64,000 nt of DNA, taken from a virus. Its lineage: Duplodnaviria; Heunggongvirae; Uroviricota; Caudoviricetes. A program made the position numbers and the translations under genes. Positions 18,201 through 27,932 of the stretch are shown here, piece after piece. The notes under the pieces were generated by a model. The model was not told the DNA's origin. It worked only from the letters and a program-made list of their open reading frames with translations, and did not search any database. The DNA lies in IMG/VR virus record IMGVR_UViG_3300042946_001496. One strand, written 5' to 3'. Each line of letters opens with the position of its first letter. Position 1 is the first letter of the stretch.

Positions 18201-18482
18201 ATGGGCTTCTACATTCAGTGTCAAAATAACAAAAACAAAGCAGATGAAATTATTTCCACTTTTGATGCAAGGCGTGTATCAAAAGAAATGGCTGAGGCTT
18301 TCGCTGAAAGTGAAAAGGCTGTTATTTGCGTGGTGGATAATGGTCTTTTTGAGGCGGCTGCATACTGTTACAATATGAGTGAGTTTAAAGCTTTCAACAG
18401 GGAGAGCGACAATAGACCCAAGGTATGGCTTATTGTTGACAACAAGGACTCGATTGAAAAAGCCAGCGGTAAATCAAAATGA
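18201..18482 (+). CDS. hypothetical protein
   Basis: ORF. Confidence 0.5.
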   Translation: MGFYIQCQNNKNKADEIISTFDARRVSKEMAEAFAESEKAVICVVDNGLFEAAAYCYNMSEFKAFNRESDNRPKVWLIVDNKDSIEKASGKSK

Positions 18483-19174
18483 ACACTCTTCCTAAAGACT
18501 TTATTGATAAAGCAAACAGAAATCTTAATTTGAATGATTATGCAAACAAAAGCACTCCTGTTCCTTTGTTTCTCTGTAAGGACAAGCCAGAAGTAGACAA
18601 TCAATACATTCTTAGAATGCTTGTAAAATCACCAGAAACTAATGGGTTTAAGATTCCAGAAGTTCTTGATTGGTTGAAGCCTGCAATTCTTGAGTGCGAC
18701 AATATTCAAAGAAACAACAATCTAAATAATCCTTATGTTTATGTAACCGTAAGACATGGTGAAGTTTCTTCTGTGACTGATGATGTTTGGCATGTGGGCG
18801 GCTTTTCAATGAGAACCCCCCACTACCCAGAGCAAGGATATTTTTGTTCAAATTGTTATTCTACCGAATGGCAAAATAAAGAATTTCCTATTCCAGCCGA
18901 CTTTGATCCTTTTAAACATAATCTTCATGATTATGTTGCCAGCGTTGCCGATGATAGCAATACTGTAGGGTGTTCTTCAGAAGTTGTTTACGCTTTTGAT
19001 CCTTATCTTGTTCATCGTAGACCAAATGTTCCGGTTGGCGTGAAAAGAACATTTTGGAGAATTTCTTTTATCGCAATTGAAATCGAAGATGATTCATGCA
19101 CCCAAAACCCTCTCCTTCCAGTTAAAAAGTATGGAAGAGAAGATATTAGAAAAAAACTTGTAAAGTATATTTGA
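18479..19174 (+). CDS. hypothetical protein (231 aa)
   Basis: ORF. Confidence 0.55.
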   Translation: MNTLPKDFIDKANRNLNLNDYANKSTPVPLFLCKDKPEVDNQYILRMLVKSPETNGFKIPEVLDWLKPAILECDNIQRNNNLNNPYVYVTVRHGEVSSVTDDVWHVGGFSMRTPHYPEQGYFCSNCYSTEWQNKEFPIPADFDPFKHNLHDYVASVADDSNTVGCSSEVVYAFDPYLVHRRPNVPVGVKRTFWRISFIAIEIEDDSCTQNPLLPVKKYGREDIRKKLVKYI

Positions 19175-19175
19175 A

Positions 19176-19403
19176 ATGAAAAACTTTTTGCCTGTTACTG
19201 GAAACAAAAACTTTTTGCTTATTGCTGGAAATAAAGACTATCAAAAAGCAACTGGTGATTGGATTGGATTTTTTAGTACGCATAAAGAAGCTCAGGATCA
19301 AATTTGCCCAACAATCAATGGTGGTTACTTTCATGTTTCTACAATGAAGAAGTTTGATTGGTGTGAAATTGTTGATATTTCAAAATGGACTCCCAAACCA
19401 TGA
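19176..19403 (+). CDS. hypothetical protein
   Basis: ORF with a 27-nt internal duplication. Confidence 0.45.
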   Translation: MKNFLPVTGNKNFLLIAGNKDYQKATGDWIGFFSTHKEAQDQICPTINGGYFHVSTMKKFDWCEIVDISKWTPKP

Positions 19404-19741
19404 CTACAATTGAAATTGAAGATTCTGAAAATCTTTTTGGTGAAGATTTAATTTTTGAAGTAGAAGTTGATTATCACATAACTCCTTATTTCAGCGGAAA
19501 TTATGAAAACCCACCAGAAGGTGGCGATTTAGAAATTAACAGTTTTAGTTGGTGTGTCAAATCAGAGGATGGAAAAGATAAAAATCTAATTTTATCTTTT
19601 TATAGTAAAGAGAAAATCAAAGAAATTGATGGATGGATTGAAGATAAGCTAAACAATGACAGTCGTATTTTAGAACATTTGGAGGAATATTACTCTCCAA
19701 ATGAATACGAATACGATCCAGATGATCGTTGTGATTATTGA
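19385..19741 (+). CDS. acidic hypothetical protein
   Basis: ORF; its 3' end lies in the 37-bp direct repeat. Confidence 0.45.
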   Translation: MDSQTMTTIEIEDSENLFGEDLIFEVEVDYHITPYFSGNYENPPEGGDLEINSFSWCVKSEDGKDKNLILSFYSKEKIKEIDGWIEDKLNNDSRILEHLEEYYSPNEYEYDPDDRCDY

Positions 19742-19747
19742 AAAGAC

Positions 19748-20056
19748 ATGATTACACGAGTCGCCAATCTTGTTGAGTTTCGTGGAATGGAATCAGAAGG
19801 TATGTTTTTGTTTATTGGCGATAAAGGCGAAAGGCACCATGATTTATTTTGGAAATACCTAATATCACATCAACCAGATGAGGGCGATGCATCAGAATGT
19901 GTTCAGGGATTTGTAGATGAACAAGGTAGGTTTTATGACAGAACACAAGGTGCAAAACACGCCATAGAATGCGGTCAGGTAATAAAGGATCAAGATTTAG
20001 TTGGTTGGGGACATATCTTTAACGGCTATACGCTTTATAGCGAAGATTTGTGGTAA
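19748..20056 (+). CDS. hypothetical protein
   Basis: ORF. Confidence 0.45.
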   Translation: MITRVANLVEFRGMESEGMFLFIGDKGERHHDLFWKYLISHQPDEGDASECVQGFVDEQGRFYDRTQGAKHAIECGQVIKDQDLVGWGHIFNGYTLYSEDLW

Positions 20057-20066
20057 AGGAAACAAA

Positions 20067-20264
20067 ATGTATTTTGATATTTTTGCTTTGATTGCTTTCC
20101 TTAATCTTGGCTATATTACTTGGCTTTTTAAAAACAAAATTGATAATCTTGAACATCAAGTAAATAAACTCGATAAAGTTGTTCGCAAACTCAATGGTGA
20201 GAAAATTGAATCCAAAAATGGAGTTATGATCATAACTCAAGAAAATTTCATGGAGCCTTCATGA
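20067..20264 (+). CDS. small membrane protein
   Basis: Internal ATG with aaagga RBS; one TM helix. Confidence 0.4.
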   Translation: MYFDIFALIAFLNLGYITWLFKNKIDNLEHQVNKLDKVVRKLNGEKIESKNGVMIITQENFMEPS

Positions 20265-20695
20265 ATAACGAGGAAGATGCGTCCAAGATTGCTGAAATAA
20301 AAAGAACAGCAAAGCTTCTTGATACTTTTGATAAAAGAACCAATAAGTGGGTTGTTAGTATTAAAGGAAAAGTAGAATCACAAGACTTTGAAGTTAGCGT
20401 TCTTCGTGATGACAATAAACATGGAAAATTATCTTATGGTTGGTTTGGTGATAACAAACTATTGATCATTCAGCACGGTTGCGGTGCTTATGGAATTAGA
20501 ATTACCTCGCCTCTGATAAGAAAGATTGTATTGGATAAATCTGTTAAATTTGCACAAGAATTAGCAGATGAATTGAATTTTTCTGAACTTCACGGTAGTA
20601 TTGCAAATTCATGCAACAGTTTTTGTGGTGATCTTGAATGTAATATGAATCAAGAAATAAACCCAAACATCTGCAAAAGAATACGATCCAGATGA
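20261..20695 (+). CDS. hypothetical protein (paralog of the 20724 gene)
   Basis: VSVLRDDNKHGKLSYGWFGDNKLLII...VKFAQELADELN; contains AKLLDTFDKR. Confidence 0.5.
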   Translation: MNNEEDASKIAEIKRTAKLLDTFDKRTNKWVVSIKGKVESQDFEVSVLRDDNKHGKLSYGWFGDNKLLIIQHGCGAYGIRITSPLIRKIVLDKSVKFAQELADELNFSELHGSIANSCNSFCGDLECNMNQEINPNICKRIRSR

Positions 20696-20723
20696 TCGTT
20701 GTGATTATTGAAAAGGAAAAACT

Positions 20724-20996
20724 ATGAAGGCAAAATGGGTTGTCGATGTTAAAGGTAGCGTACCACCAAACCAAGGGGTTAAAGATTCGCCCATCGACAT
20801 GGAGATTAGCGTTCTTCGTGATGATTTTGAACACGGAAAAAGATCTTGGGGTTGGTCTTGTGAAGACAAACTAATAATTAGTTGTGAGGGTGGACCTTGT
20901 AATATTATGGTAAAACAGATAATTTTGGACAAACTTGTAAAAGTAGCACAAGAAGTTGCAGACGAACTAAATCATCCACTCGCAACATTTCAATAA
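20724..20996 (+). CDS. hypothetical protein (paralog of the 20261 gene)
   Basis: ISVLRDDFEHGKRSWGWSCEDKLIIS...VKVAQEVADELN. Confidence 0.5.
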   Translation: MKAKWVVDVKGSVPPNQGVKDSPIDMEISVLRDDFEHGKRSWGWSCEDKLIISCEGGPCNIMVKQIILDKLVKVAQEVADELNHPLATFQ

Positions 20997-21009
20997 AAAA
21001 CTTATCATG

Positions 21010-21041
21010 GTTTCTTTCTGGTACGCTGGGATGGTGTGTCG
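21010..21041 (+). promoter_or_regulatory. conserved GGTACGCTGGG promoter-like motif
   Basis: tttctttctggtacgctgggatggtgtgtcg; 69 nt upstream of the HTH gene. Confidence 0.5.
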
Positions 21042-21109
21042 GTAGGTGTCGAATGAAAGCGTTTTTCATTCGATTGTTCGGATTTTTGTTTTCATAATGA
21101 GGTTTAATT

Positions 21110-21358
21110 ATGGCTGGTCGTCGTGAAGGTCAGGGTGCAGTTCCGCTTAAGGAGTTTCTTACGGTTGTTGTTCAGACGGTCAATGATGGTGGCACGGTTA
21201 AGATGGCTGCTGATGAGCTTAATCTTACCTCCTCTGCCGTTTCGGCTCGTCTTAGGTATCTGCGTGAGAAGGGCGTTAAGGTTCCTGAGTTTGCTGCAAG
21301 TCGCTCCGTGAATACGGTTGAGCAGGCTAATGCTATTCTTGAACAGTTGATGGGTTGA
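21110..21358 (+). CDS. small HTH DNA-binding protein (sigma-region-4-like paralog family)
   Basis: LKEFLTVVVQTVNDGGTVKMAADELNLTSSAVSARLRYLREKGVKVPEF..ANAILEQLMG. Confidence 0.65.
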   Translation: MAGRREGQGAVPLKEFLTVVVQTVNDGGTVKMAADELNLTSSAVSARLRYLREKGVKVPEFAASRSVNTVEQANAILEQLMG

Positions 21359-21364
21359 TTTTTT

Positions 21365-21403
21365 GCCAAGGGGGAGGTATAATCTCCCCCTTGGCAATTT
21401 TTT
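21365..21403 (+). terminator. rho-independent terminator
   Basis: gccaagggggag..ctcccccttggc hairpin followed by a T run. Confidence 0.8.
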
Positions 21404-21433
21404 GCACTAACCATAAAATAAAGGAAACTTAAA

Positions 21434-21850
21434 ATGAATAACAACACCATTCCCCCTTATACCGTCATTCAGTATATTCGCCGCAAGCGTAAGAATGAAA
21501 GTTTGATTAAGAGTGCAATTAGTAAGCTCACGATTGAAGAGCAAAAGGCTCTTGGAGTTTACAATATGAGGAATCGTACTCCTTATGGAGTTATGGTTGC
21601 TGTAAAGAATTCTGATGGTACTTTTAATACCGGATACTCTATTTGCAACAGGAAGGATCAGTTCAATAAAAAGCGAGCACTTAAGATTGCAATTGATCGT
21701 GCTGCTGCATATGAGCATCCTGGGTTTTTTCACCATGATAATGAAGGCAATAATTTTATGCCACATGATCTTGAAAAGCACTTTGCTTCATTTGTTAATC
21801 GTTGCAAGAAGTATTACAAGATTAATTCGTCCCTTGACGGGCAATCTTGA
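21434..21850 (+). CDS. hypothetical protein
   Basis: ORF; the overlapping minus-strand ORFs are rejected. Confidence 0.5.
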   Translation: MNNNTIPPYTVIQYIRRKRKNESLIKSAISKLTIEEQKALGVYNMRNRTPYGVMVAVKNSDGTFNTGYSICNRKDQFNKKRALKIAIDRAAAYEHPGFFHHDNEGNNFMPHDLEKHFASFVNRCKKYYKINSSLDGQS

Positions 21851-21926
21851 TTAAATGGTTGTGACTTGAGGGTGCCTTTGGCTTTTATGGATTTTCCAGC
21901 CCTCATGTTACAACCATACAATTACT

Positions 21927-22343
21927 TCACTTAAATTCTGCATCCTTAATGTTTTTGTTTTTATGAAGAAGTTCTAAAAAAGATAATCTACTTTTTTTTG
22001 TAGAAACTTTTACTTCATAAAAAGAACCGTTTTGTTTAAGACTAATAATTTTTCCTCCGCTATTTGAAACAATTTCTGATATTGTTTCAGGATCAACATT
22101 TTCATTAAGACCGACAACAACAGTCATTTGTTGTGTTGATGCATAGTTTAATATTGTTGTTGTTCCAATAAATAAACAAATAGCGACAGCAAGAATTAAT
22201 TGAAAAGGAAGTCTTTTTTTCTTTTCAACAATTTTTCCCATATCAACCATAACACAAGAATCTTCATTGTTTGAGCTTGATCTGTTGGAGTTTAGGTATC
22301 CCGGTAGTTTGCCAAGTGGCATTGGATTTTCGTTTTTTGACAT
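21927..22343 (-). CDS. membrane-anchored hypothetical protein
   Basis: Minus-strand ORF with one TM helix (LILAVAICLFIGTTTIL). Confidence 0.5.
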   Translation of the reverse strand: MSKNENPMPLGKLPGYLNSNRSSSNNEDSCVMVDMGKIVEKKKRLPFQLILAVAICLFIGTTTILNYASTQQMTVVVGLNENVDPETISEIVSNSGGKIISLKQNGSFYEVKVSTKKSRLSFLELLHKNKNIKDAEFK

Positions 22344-22477
22344 TTTTCCCCTTTTCTTTTATTTAGGAACTCATATGAAAGAATTTCCACTTTTTCAGCC
22401 TACTGATATTGATTTCCATGCAAAAAACTCAAAGAATATTGAGTCTAATCCTTTTGAAGAAAGCGACCCTAGACATA

Positions 22478-22759
22478 ATGAATGGATTGAATGCTTCAAC
22501 AAATGTAAAAAGCGAGCTACTAGAGACTTTTCTGCCTGAGAGTATACGTTTTGCATTTTATTCAAAACTCGCATCTGAAAGATATGGTTATGCCGTTTAT
22601 ACGAACAAAACAACCTTAGAAAACATAAAAGTTACTGGTTTGTATCAGGACATAAACGCCAAAAATTATCTTTGGGAAGATAAAGAGCTTGTAGGAGAAA
22701 TTGATTTAAACTTTTGGTATTGTTCATCTGCTCTCGGTCTAGCTCTTCGCCTCGAATGA
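22478..22759 (+). CDS. hypothetical protein with ELLETF motif
   Basis: MNGLNASTNVKSELLETFLPES; the alternative overlapping frame (22375-22539) is not excluded. Confidence 0.35.
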   Translation: MNGLNASTNVKSELLETFLPESIRFAFYSKLASERYGYAVYTNKTTLENIKVTGLYQDINAKNYLWEDKELVGEIDLNFWYCSSALGLALRLE

Positions 22760-22783
22760 ACATAAAAACTGAATGGATTCAAA

Positions 22784-23041
22784 ATGAAAAAACTTTGTTC
22801 TGATTGTGGGTCTGAGATTAAACTTGGCAAAGAAAAGTGTTGCATTTGTCAATATAGAGAAGCTAATGAAAAATTGGTTTCTTTAGAAGTCAAACTATTT
22901 GATTATCAAGTTATTTCAGAAGCTCTTGAAATCGCATCTAAAACAAAATTCAACAACACAGAAAAAACAAAAGAATTCAAAGAAGTAGCAAAGAACTGGG
23001 AAAAACTGTCTGGTAGATTTAGTCCTTTAAAGATTTATTAA
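22784..23041 (+). CDS. small zinc-ribbon protein
   Basis: MKKLCSDCGSEIKLGKEKCCICQY. Confidence 0.45.
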   Translation: MKKLCSDCGSEIKLGKEKCCICQYREANEKLVSLEVKLFDYQVISEALEIASKTKFNNTEKTKEFKEVAKNWEKLSGRFSPLKIY

Positions 23042-23048
23042 AACCGAC

Positions 23049-23075
23049 TCTGGTGGTACGCTGGGAGAGTGGAGG
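23049..23075 (+). promoter_or_regulatory. conserved GGTGGTACGCTGGG promoter-like motif
   Basis: tctggtggtacgctgggagagtggagg; the 3' ggagg doubles as an SD 7 nt before the ATG. Confidence 0.5.
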
Positions 23076-23081
23076 AAATCT

Positions 23082-23339
23082 ATGGATGACTTTATTGATT
23101 ATGGTTTTGAGGAAATAGAAGATTCTGTTAGTTCAAAAGCTAACCGAGTGCCTTTAAAAGATTTTTTGAAAGCCTACGTTCTTGTTGTTAACAAGAACGG
23201 CAACAGCGTTGATGTTGCTAGTATGTTGGGAATTAGCCCACAGGCAGTTAGGCAGCGTGTTGCTAAGTTAATTCTTGGTGGTGCTAAGCTTCCTAAACTT
23301 GGTAACATTTGTCGTAAACAACAATCGTTGGTGTCTTGA
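23082..23339 (+). CDS. small HTH DNA-binding protein (sigma-region-4-like paralog family)
   Basis: LKDFLKAYVLVVNKNGNSVDVASMLGISPQAVRQRVAKLILGGAKLPKLG. Confidence 0.6.
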   Translation: MDDFIDYGFEEIEDSVSSKANRVPLKDFLKAYVLVVNKNGNSVDVASMLGISPQAVRQRVAKLILGGAKLPKLGNICRKQQSLVS

Positions 23340-23536
23340 TGAAAAACATCTTTAGATTTTTTTTTAATTGGATCATGTTCACTTCTTGTTTTTTGCTTTT
23401 TCAGCAAATTAGCAATAGACAATACAGCGTTGCTTTTTTCACATTTTTTCTCATGTTTTGTTTGTATATTCTTCGTCATACAATTATTCACAGCCTCATT
23501 GTTGCCATGAGCGAAGATCAAAACCAGAACTATTAA
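23336..23536 (+). CDS. small hydrophobic protein
   Basis: ORF, ATGA-coupled. Confidence 0.35.
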   Translation: MMKNIFRFFFNWIMFTSCFLLFQQISNRQYSVAFFTFFLMFCLYILRHTIIHSLIVAMSEDQNQNY

Positions 23537-23552
23537 TCAAGGAGTGATAATA

Positions 23553-23825
23553 ATGAAGACTATCGTTGCTGGTAAGACTAAAAAGGGTAACAATTACTAC
23601 AAGTTCTCCATGAGCGAATCTGAATTTACTGGTCTTGATAATGACAATGAAGGAATTTGTGTTTTTTGCGGAGAAACCCAAAACGGTTGTGAGCCTGATG
23701 CAAGAATGTATGAGTGTGAAAGTTGTGAAAAGAAGGGTGTTTACGGTGCATCAGAGTTGCTTATGATGGGTCTTATTTCCTTCAGTGGGGATGATTTGGA
23801 GGAAAATAAAGATGATCAACCTTAG
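23553..23825 (+). CDS. small Cys-rich protein
   Basis: AAGGAG RBS; CVFCGE...CESCEKKG. Confidence 0.5.
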   Translation: MKTIVAGKTKKGNNYYKFSMSESEFTGLDNDNEGICVFCGETQNGCEPDARMYECESCEKKGVYGASELLMMGLISFSGDDLEENKDDQP

Positions 23826-24027
23826 TCCTTTCAACAATATTTTTGATGATCCTTTTTGGCGAAATTTCTGGAATACGCATTATAGGATCAATCTTTTCGC
23901 TATTCCATTTCTAATCGTTTTTATGTGGTATCATTCCGGATATTTTGCATATCAACTTCTTGCCTCATATGTTTTTTGTTACACTTTTGTCAACTACTCT
24001 ATCTACTGCGAGGAAAAAAACCGATGA
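23812..24027 (+). CDS. small membrane protein
   Basis: GGAGG RBS 8 nt upstream; two hydrophobic segments. Confidence 0.4.
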   Translation: MINLSPFNNIFDDPFWRNFWNTHYRINLFAIPFLIVFMWYHSGYFAYQLLASYVFCYTFVNYSIYCEEKNR

Positions 24028-24299
24028 ACAAAATCATTTACGCTAGAATTTCAGGTCGTGGTGAGTTTCCTGTTGATATGCTAAGGAGGGATCTTTGCAG
24101 TCCTGCAACCGAAGAAGATAGTGGTCTTATCAGCAGTACTTTTAAAAGTTTTGATAAGTGGGTAATCTTTGTCAAGCGACCTTTGCTTGAACGCCGACGA
24201 AAAAATGATCCAGTTTTTACTATCGGGAGATGGAACAGTTTTGGTTGTGAAATTGTTGAAGTTAGTTCGCCTTATCAAGACCGCCCAGCCTTGGTGTAA
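24024..24299 (+). CDS. hypothetical protein
   Basis: ATGA-coupled internal start MNKIIYARISGRGEF. Confidence 0.4.
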   Translation: MNKIIYARISGRGEFPVDMLRRDLCSPATEEDSGLISSTFKSFDKWVIFVKRPLLERRRKNDPVFTIGRWNSFGCEIVEVSSPYQDRPALV

Positions 24300-24301
24300 A
24301 C

Positions 24302-24988
24302 ATGCGAATTATTTCTGAATTTCATGACTATTACGATTCGGTGCAAGCGATGGGTCAAGATCAATCGCTACTCTATATTCGTAATGAAAGAGAAGATTCC
24401 GTTAGGGGTAAGGATTATCCTTTTCCTTATATGTATGATTCTCCTGATGCTCATCAATATGCCATAGGTTTTTGCGGAAAAATCTATCCTGTTATTAATG
24501 TTTTTCGTTGGGGAGGCGTTCAACCTATAAAAGCTTGGTGCTACACACTAGATGATGTAGATCAATTTGTTGAATCTCTTTTCAAAAAGAAAGAAGTTGA
24601 AGCATATCACACACGGCAAAGACGATCTCTATGGGGTAGAAGAGTATCATTGGTAAGAGAAGATGTTAAAGAGCTGTTTGATGAGTTTGAAGTTAAAAAA
24701 GAAGACTACCGGGAAATATTCATCAAGGAAAGGTGTCCAGTAATTGTTGGCAAATATCATTCGTCACACCTTGGCAAACCATGTAAAATGATATTTAATG
24801 CTTCTTTGAAGGAATATGAATTCTTTAGAGTGATGCCACATTATATGGCTTTTCAAGAAATTCAGATGTTTATGAGCAATCTGGCAGTTCCATTGAAACC
24901 TGTTCCTGAAATTTCAGATAAAATTATGGTCGATATTAAAGGTTTTGATAAATGGAGTTTCCGTAAACCACCACAGGATAAAAAATGA
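24302..24988 (+). CDS. hypothetical protein (228 aa)
   Basis: ORF. Confidence 0.55.
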   Translation: MRIISEFHDYYDSVQAMGQDQSLLYIRNEREDSVRGKDYPFPYMYDSPDAHQYAIGFCGKIYPVINVFRWGGVQPIKAWCYTLDDVDQFVESLFKKKEVEAYHTRQRRSLWGRRVSLVREDVKELFDEFEVKKEDYREIFIKERCPVIVGKYHSSHLGKPCKMIFNASLKEYEFFRVMPHYMAFQEIQMFMSNLAVPLKPVPEISDKIMVDIKGFDKWSFRKPPQDKK

Positions 24989-25242
24989 AGCATTTTGAAG
25001 AAGTTAAAACTCTTGAAGTAACAAGTATTACTTGTGATGTTTGTAACGGTGAATGCAAAAAAGAATTCAGCATAGAGTCTGCAAACATTAAAGCATCGTG
25101 GGGATATGAGTCAGACCATGATCTTGACCATTATGATTTTGACTTGTGCGAAGTTTGTTTTTTGAAAGCTGTTAGCTACCTGAAAACTATTGCAGTAAAT
25201 CCTGAAAAACTCAATCCAAAAGAATTCTCGCTAGATGGCTAA
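24985..25242 (+). CDS. hypothetical Cys-containing protein
   Basis: ORF. Confidence 0.45.
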   Translation: MKHFEEVKTLEVTSITCDVCNGECKKEFSIESANIKASWGYESDHDLDHYDFDLCEVCFLKAVSYLKTIAVNPEKLNPKEFSLDG

Positions 25243-25564
25243 AAATAAATCTTTAAATTTCACGGAGGTTCAAGCTATGATTCAGTGGGTCACTTTTGCA
25301 TTTGCTGTTATCGGATTTGTTTATAACGGATATAAGCAATCCCAAATTTTTCCTCCTCAAAATGTTCAGGGTGTAATTCAAAATTCACCTGTGGTTCACC
25401 CTGCACCTAGTGCTATGCCAGTCATGTATTGGCAAGTTGCATTTGATCCTAACAATGGAAGATTTTATCATCTTCACAGTGACGGTAAGTGGTACGATCA
25501 GCCACCTCAAATTCAAGTTCAGCAAGTTCAAAACACACAGACGATCAATCCTTGGGTTCGATGA
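25235..25564 (+). CDS. membrane-anchored Gln/Pro-rich protein
   Basis: ORF with an N-terminal TM helix. Confidence 0.45.
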   Translation: MAKNKSLNFTEVQAMIQWVTFAFAVIGFVYNGYKQSQIFPPQNVQGVIQNSPVVHPAPSAMPVMYWQVAFDPNNGRFYHLHSDGKWYDQPPQIQVQQVQNTQTINPWVR

Positions 25565-25585
25565 ACCATAAACAAAAAAAATTCT

Positions 25586-25792
25586 ATGAATTTAATTTAC
25601 TTCTTAGTTTTTGCTCCTTTTGGCTTGGTGGCAATGATTTTTTCTTTTTTTGCTATGATTTTTTGGCTTGTTGCTAGTTTTTTCAAATGGATTAGCAATA
25701 ATTTGGTAGCAGCAGCAGACTTTGTTGCAGAATATGGTTTTTCAATAACAGGTAGTTTAGTAGATATTTTTGATAAACAGAACCATCAATAA
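25586..25792 (+). CDS. small membrane protein
   Basis: Two TM helices. Confidence 0.4.
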   Translation: MNLIYFLVFAPFGLVAMIFSFFAMIFWLVASFFKWISNNLVAAADFVAEYGFSITGSLVDIFDKQNHQ

Positions 25793-26043
25793 AAAAGGAG
25801 AATCCAAATGTCTAACTATCCCTCTTTAAAGCAGTCCGTATTTTTTATTGCCTGGACCGTTTTCTGTTTTGTTGCTTTCCCATTCCTTTTGCAAATGATT
25901 TGGTAATTATTAAAAATAACCACAACTCTTTTGAAGTAACGTGTGAACGATTTCATGACCCCCCACTAATAAATAATAAGAAATCACCAGCCGTAAACAA
26001 CAACCCCCGAGCCGTAAACAGCAACCCCCGAAAGGACCAATTA

Positions 26044-26640
26044 ATGGGATACGCCACAACTAAAATTGCAATTTATGGAATTGAGATTGAAGGATTTATT
26101 GACGCCGAGGATCGAGATGCAGACCCTAGCAACAAATTGCAAGTTTTGCATAATTTGATTTATGATGAAGAAGGCGATTATTTGGTCAAACTTCCACTTT
26201 ATGTGGATGGATCTTTTGAAATTCCACATCATAAAGACCTAAGCTCTTTTGATTCCCGTATGCGTCATTTTCTAAATGGAAGAGAACCTTCCAAAACATC
26301 TGCTGACATTCTGGGTATGGACGAAAAAGATTTTGTCAAGATGGTTGAATACATTCAAAAGAACAAAATTGAATTGCGATCGGATCGCTATAAAATCGAG
26401 CTTATGGGAGACGGAGCAGACGTAAGAATTAGTGATGAGGAAGCTGGGGTTGATACTTATGCTTTTGGAATCTTATTGGCAAGTAAAGGATACGCATATA
26501 ACGATAATCTAAAGGATTACACAAATCCTGTTAATCCGATTGCTATTCAACGCTGGAATGATTATTGCGTTCCGCTTCTTACAAAAGCAGGCATCGAAAT
26601 TACTAAACCAGAAGTTGTGAAAATTTCTCAAGTTTGGTGA
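26044..26640 (+). CDS. hypothetical protein
   Basis: Internal ATG with aaagga RBS; 21-nt direct repeat upstream (25987-26030). Confidence 0.5.
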   Translation: MGYATTKIAIYGIEIEGFIDAEDRDADPSNKLQVLHNLIYDEEGDYLVKLPLYVDGSFEIPHHKDLSSFDSRMRHFLNGREPSKTSADILGMDEKDFVKMVEYIQKNKIELRSDRYKIELMGDGADVRISDEEAGVDTYAFGILLASKGYAYNDNLKDYTNPVNPIAIQRWNDYCVPLLTKAGIEITKPEVVKISQVW

Positions 26641-26664
26641 TGACCTTAAAGGAAAATAAAAACT

Positions 26665-27021
26665 ATGGCAAAATCATTTGAGCATTTAGTTAAAAAGACA
26701 GCAACCAAAAAGTCTAAAGCTACTGCTAAAAAAAGGACAAAAGAGCTTCTTGATACTTTTGACAAAAGAATCAAGACCTGCTCTTACATTGACAGCAGCG
26801 AATTGTTTAAAGATTGCGAAGAGGCATGGAATCTTTTTGTTGATTTTAGTAAGGATTGTAGTTGGGGAGATAACGATCTTAGTTTAATTGCTGCCAGCCT
26901 TATTGGTGATACTTTGGATAATAGTGATCCATCCACTAAAGAGGAAGAAAAGCAAATCAAAATTATCTTCAAAAGAATTGATGAACTTGGTTTAGATTTT
27001 TTTGTTAATTTGGAAAACTAA
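26665..27021 (+). CDS. hypothetical protein with ELLDTFDKR motif
   Basis: KKRTKELLDTFDKRIKTC. Confidence 0.5.
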   Translation: MAKSFEHLVKKTATKKSKATAKKRTKELLDTFDKRIKTCSYIDSSELFKDCEEAWNLFVDFSKDCSWGDNDLSLIAASLIGDTLDNSDPSTKEEEKQIKIIFKRIDELGLDFFVNLEN

Positions 27022-27023
27022 TA

Positions 27024-27385
27024 TGAGTGCAGAAAATATTATCTCAAAAAATGAAAAAAGAAAAGAGTTTTCAGAAAAATCAGCAGCAATTAGTGCAAAA
27101 TTGCTCGATGTCGCTACGCAGATAGTCGCTGGCGGCGTTGATAGCACTTTGCGTAATGAAGTAATTGAATTGCGTAATGAAGTAATTGAATTGCTTCAAA
27201 AAACATACCACGATTTTAATAAAGCTAGATTAGCTGCTGGGGTAGCCGCAGGAGCTTTAAATGGCGTAGCCGCTGTTATTTCTTCATATGAAAAAAATCC
27301 TGTAGCCGATCTTCTTGTTTATGCTAAATTTTTTGCAGAAAAACAAGCCTCTTTAATCAAAGAAAGTGTTACTGAGCTAGGGTGA
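27024..27385 (+). CDS. hypothetical protein
   Basis: ORF with a 21-nt tandem repeat (RNEVIEL x2). Confidence 0.45.
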
Positions 27386-27478
27386 GTGATTGACAAAGCT
27401 TGAGATTTTTGTATCTTGATTTCTTACAGTAGGCGTTCTACTGTTGTTTGTTTGTTTTTTTAACTAAGAAGGATTTAT

Positions 27479-27862
27479 ATGCGTTCTTTGATTGCTTTGA
27501 TGGTTTTGTTGATGGGTGTGTTTGGTGGACAAGTTCATGGTGCGTTGAAGATCATGAAGACTCCCGTTCCGGCAATTACCCATGTAAGCCCATCAACGAA
27601 GGGGAATATTACTATCTGGCGTGGGTGGATTACAATTCTATTTCCAGATGGACGAAAGGTATCGGGTTATGCTGATTGGAGGGGCTATCCAGACAGTGTT
27701 CCGTTGTGGGATTCTTACACCAATATCTATTCAGGGTCTGGCATGAGTTGGCATCTCCTCTCTGATAAGGAGAGGAGAGGGATTGCTGTAATCCTTGTCG
27801 AGATTGATTTGGGATACGGAAATGGACCCTACAAGCCAGGTTCTAGTTCTACTGGACTTTGA
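27479..27862 (+). CDS. secreted small protein (signal peptide), GC-richer codons
   Basis: MRSLIALMVLLMGVFGGQVHGA signal peptide; terminator follows. Confidence 0.55.
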   Translation: MRSLIALMVLLMGVFGGQVHGALKIMKTPVPAITHVSPSTKGNITIWRGWITILFPDGRKVSGYADWRGYPDSVPLWDSYTNIYSGSGMSWHLLSDKERRGIAVILVEIDLGYGNGPYKPGSSSTGL

Positions 27863-27883
27863 TCCAGTAGTTAGTTAAGATAA

Positions 27884-27920
27884 AGGGAGGTTAGCCTAAA
27901 TGGCTAACCTCCCTTTTTTT
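27884..27920 (+). terminator. rho-independent terminator
   Basis: agggaggttagcc..ggctaacctccct hairpin followed by a T7 run. Confidence 0.8.
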
Positions 27921-27932
27921 ATGTACTTATTT

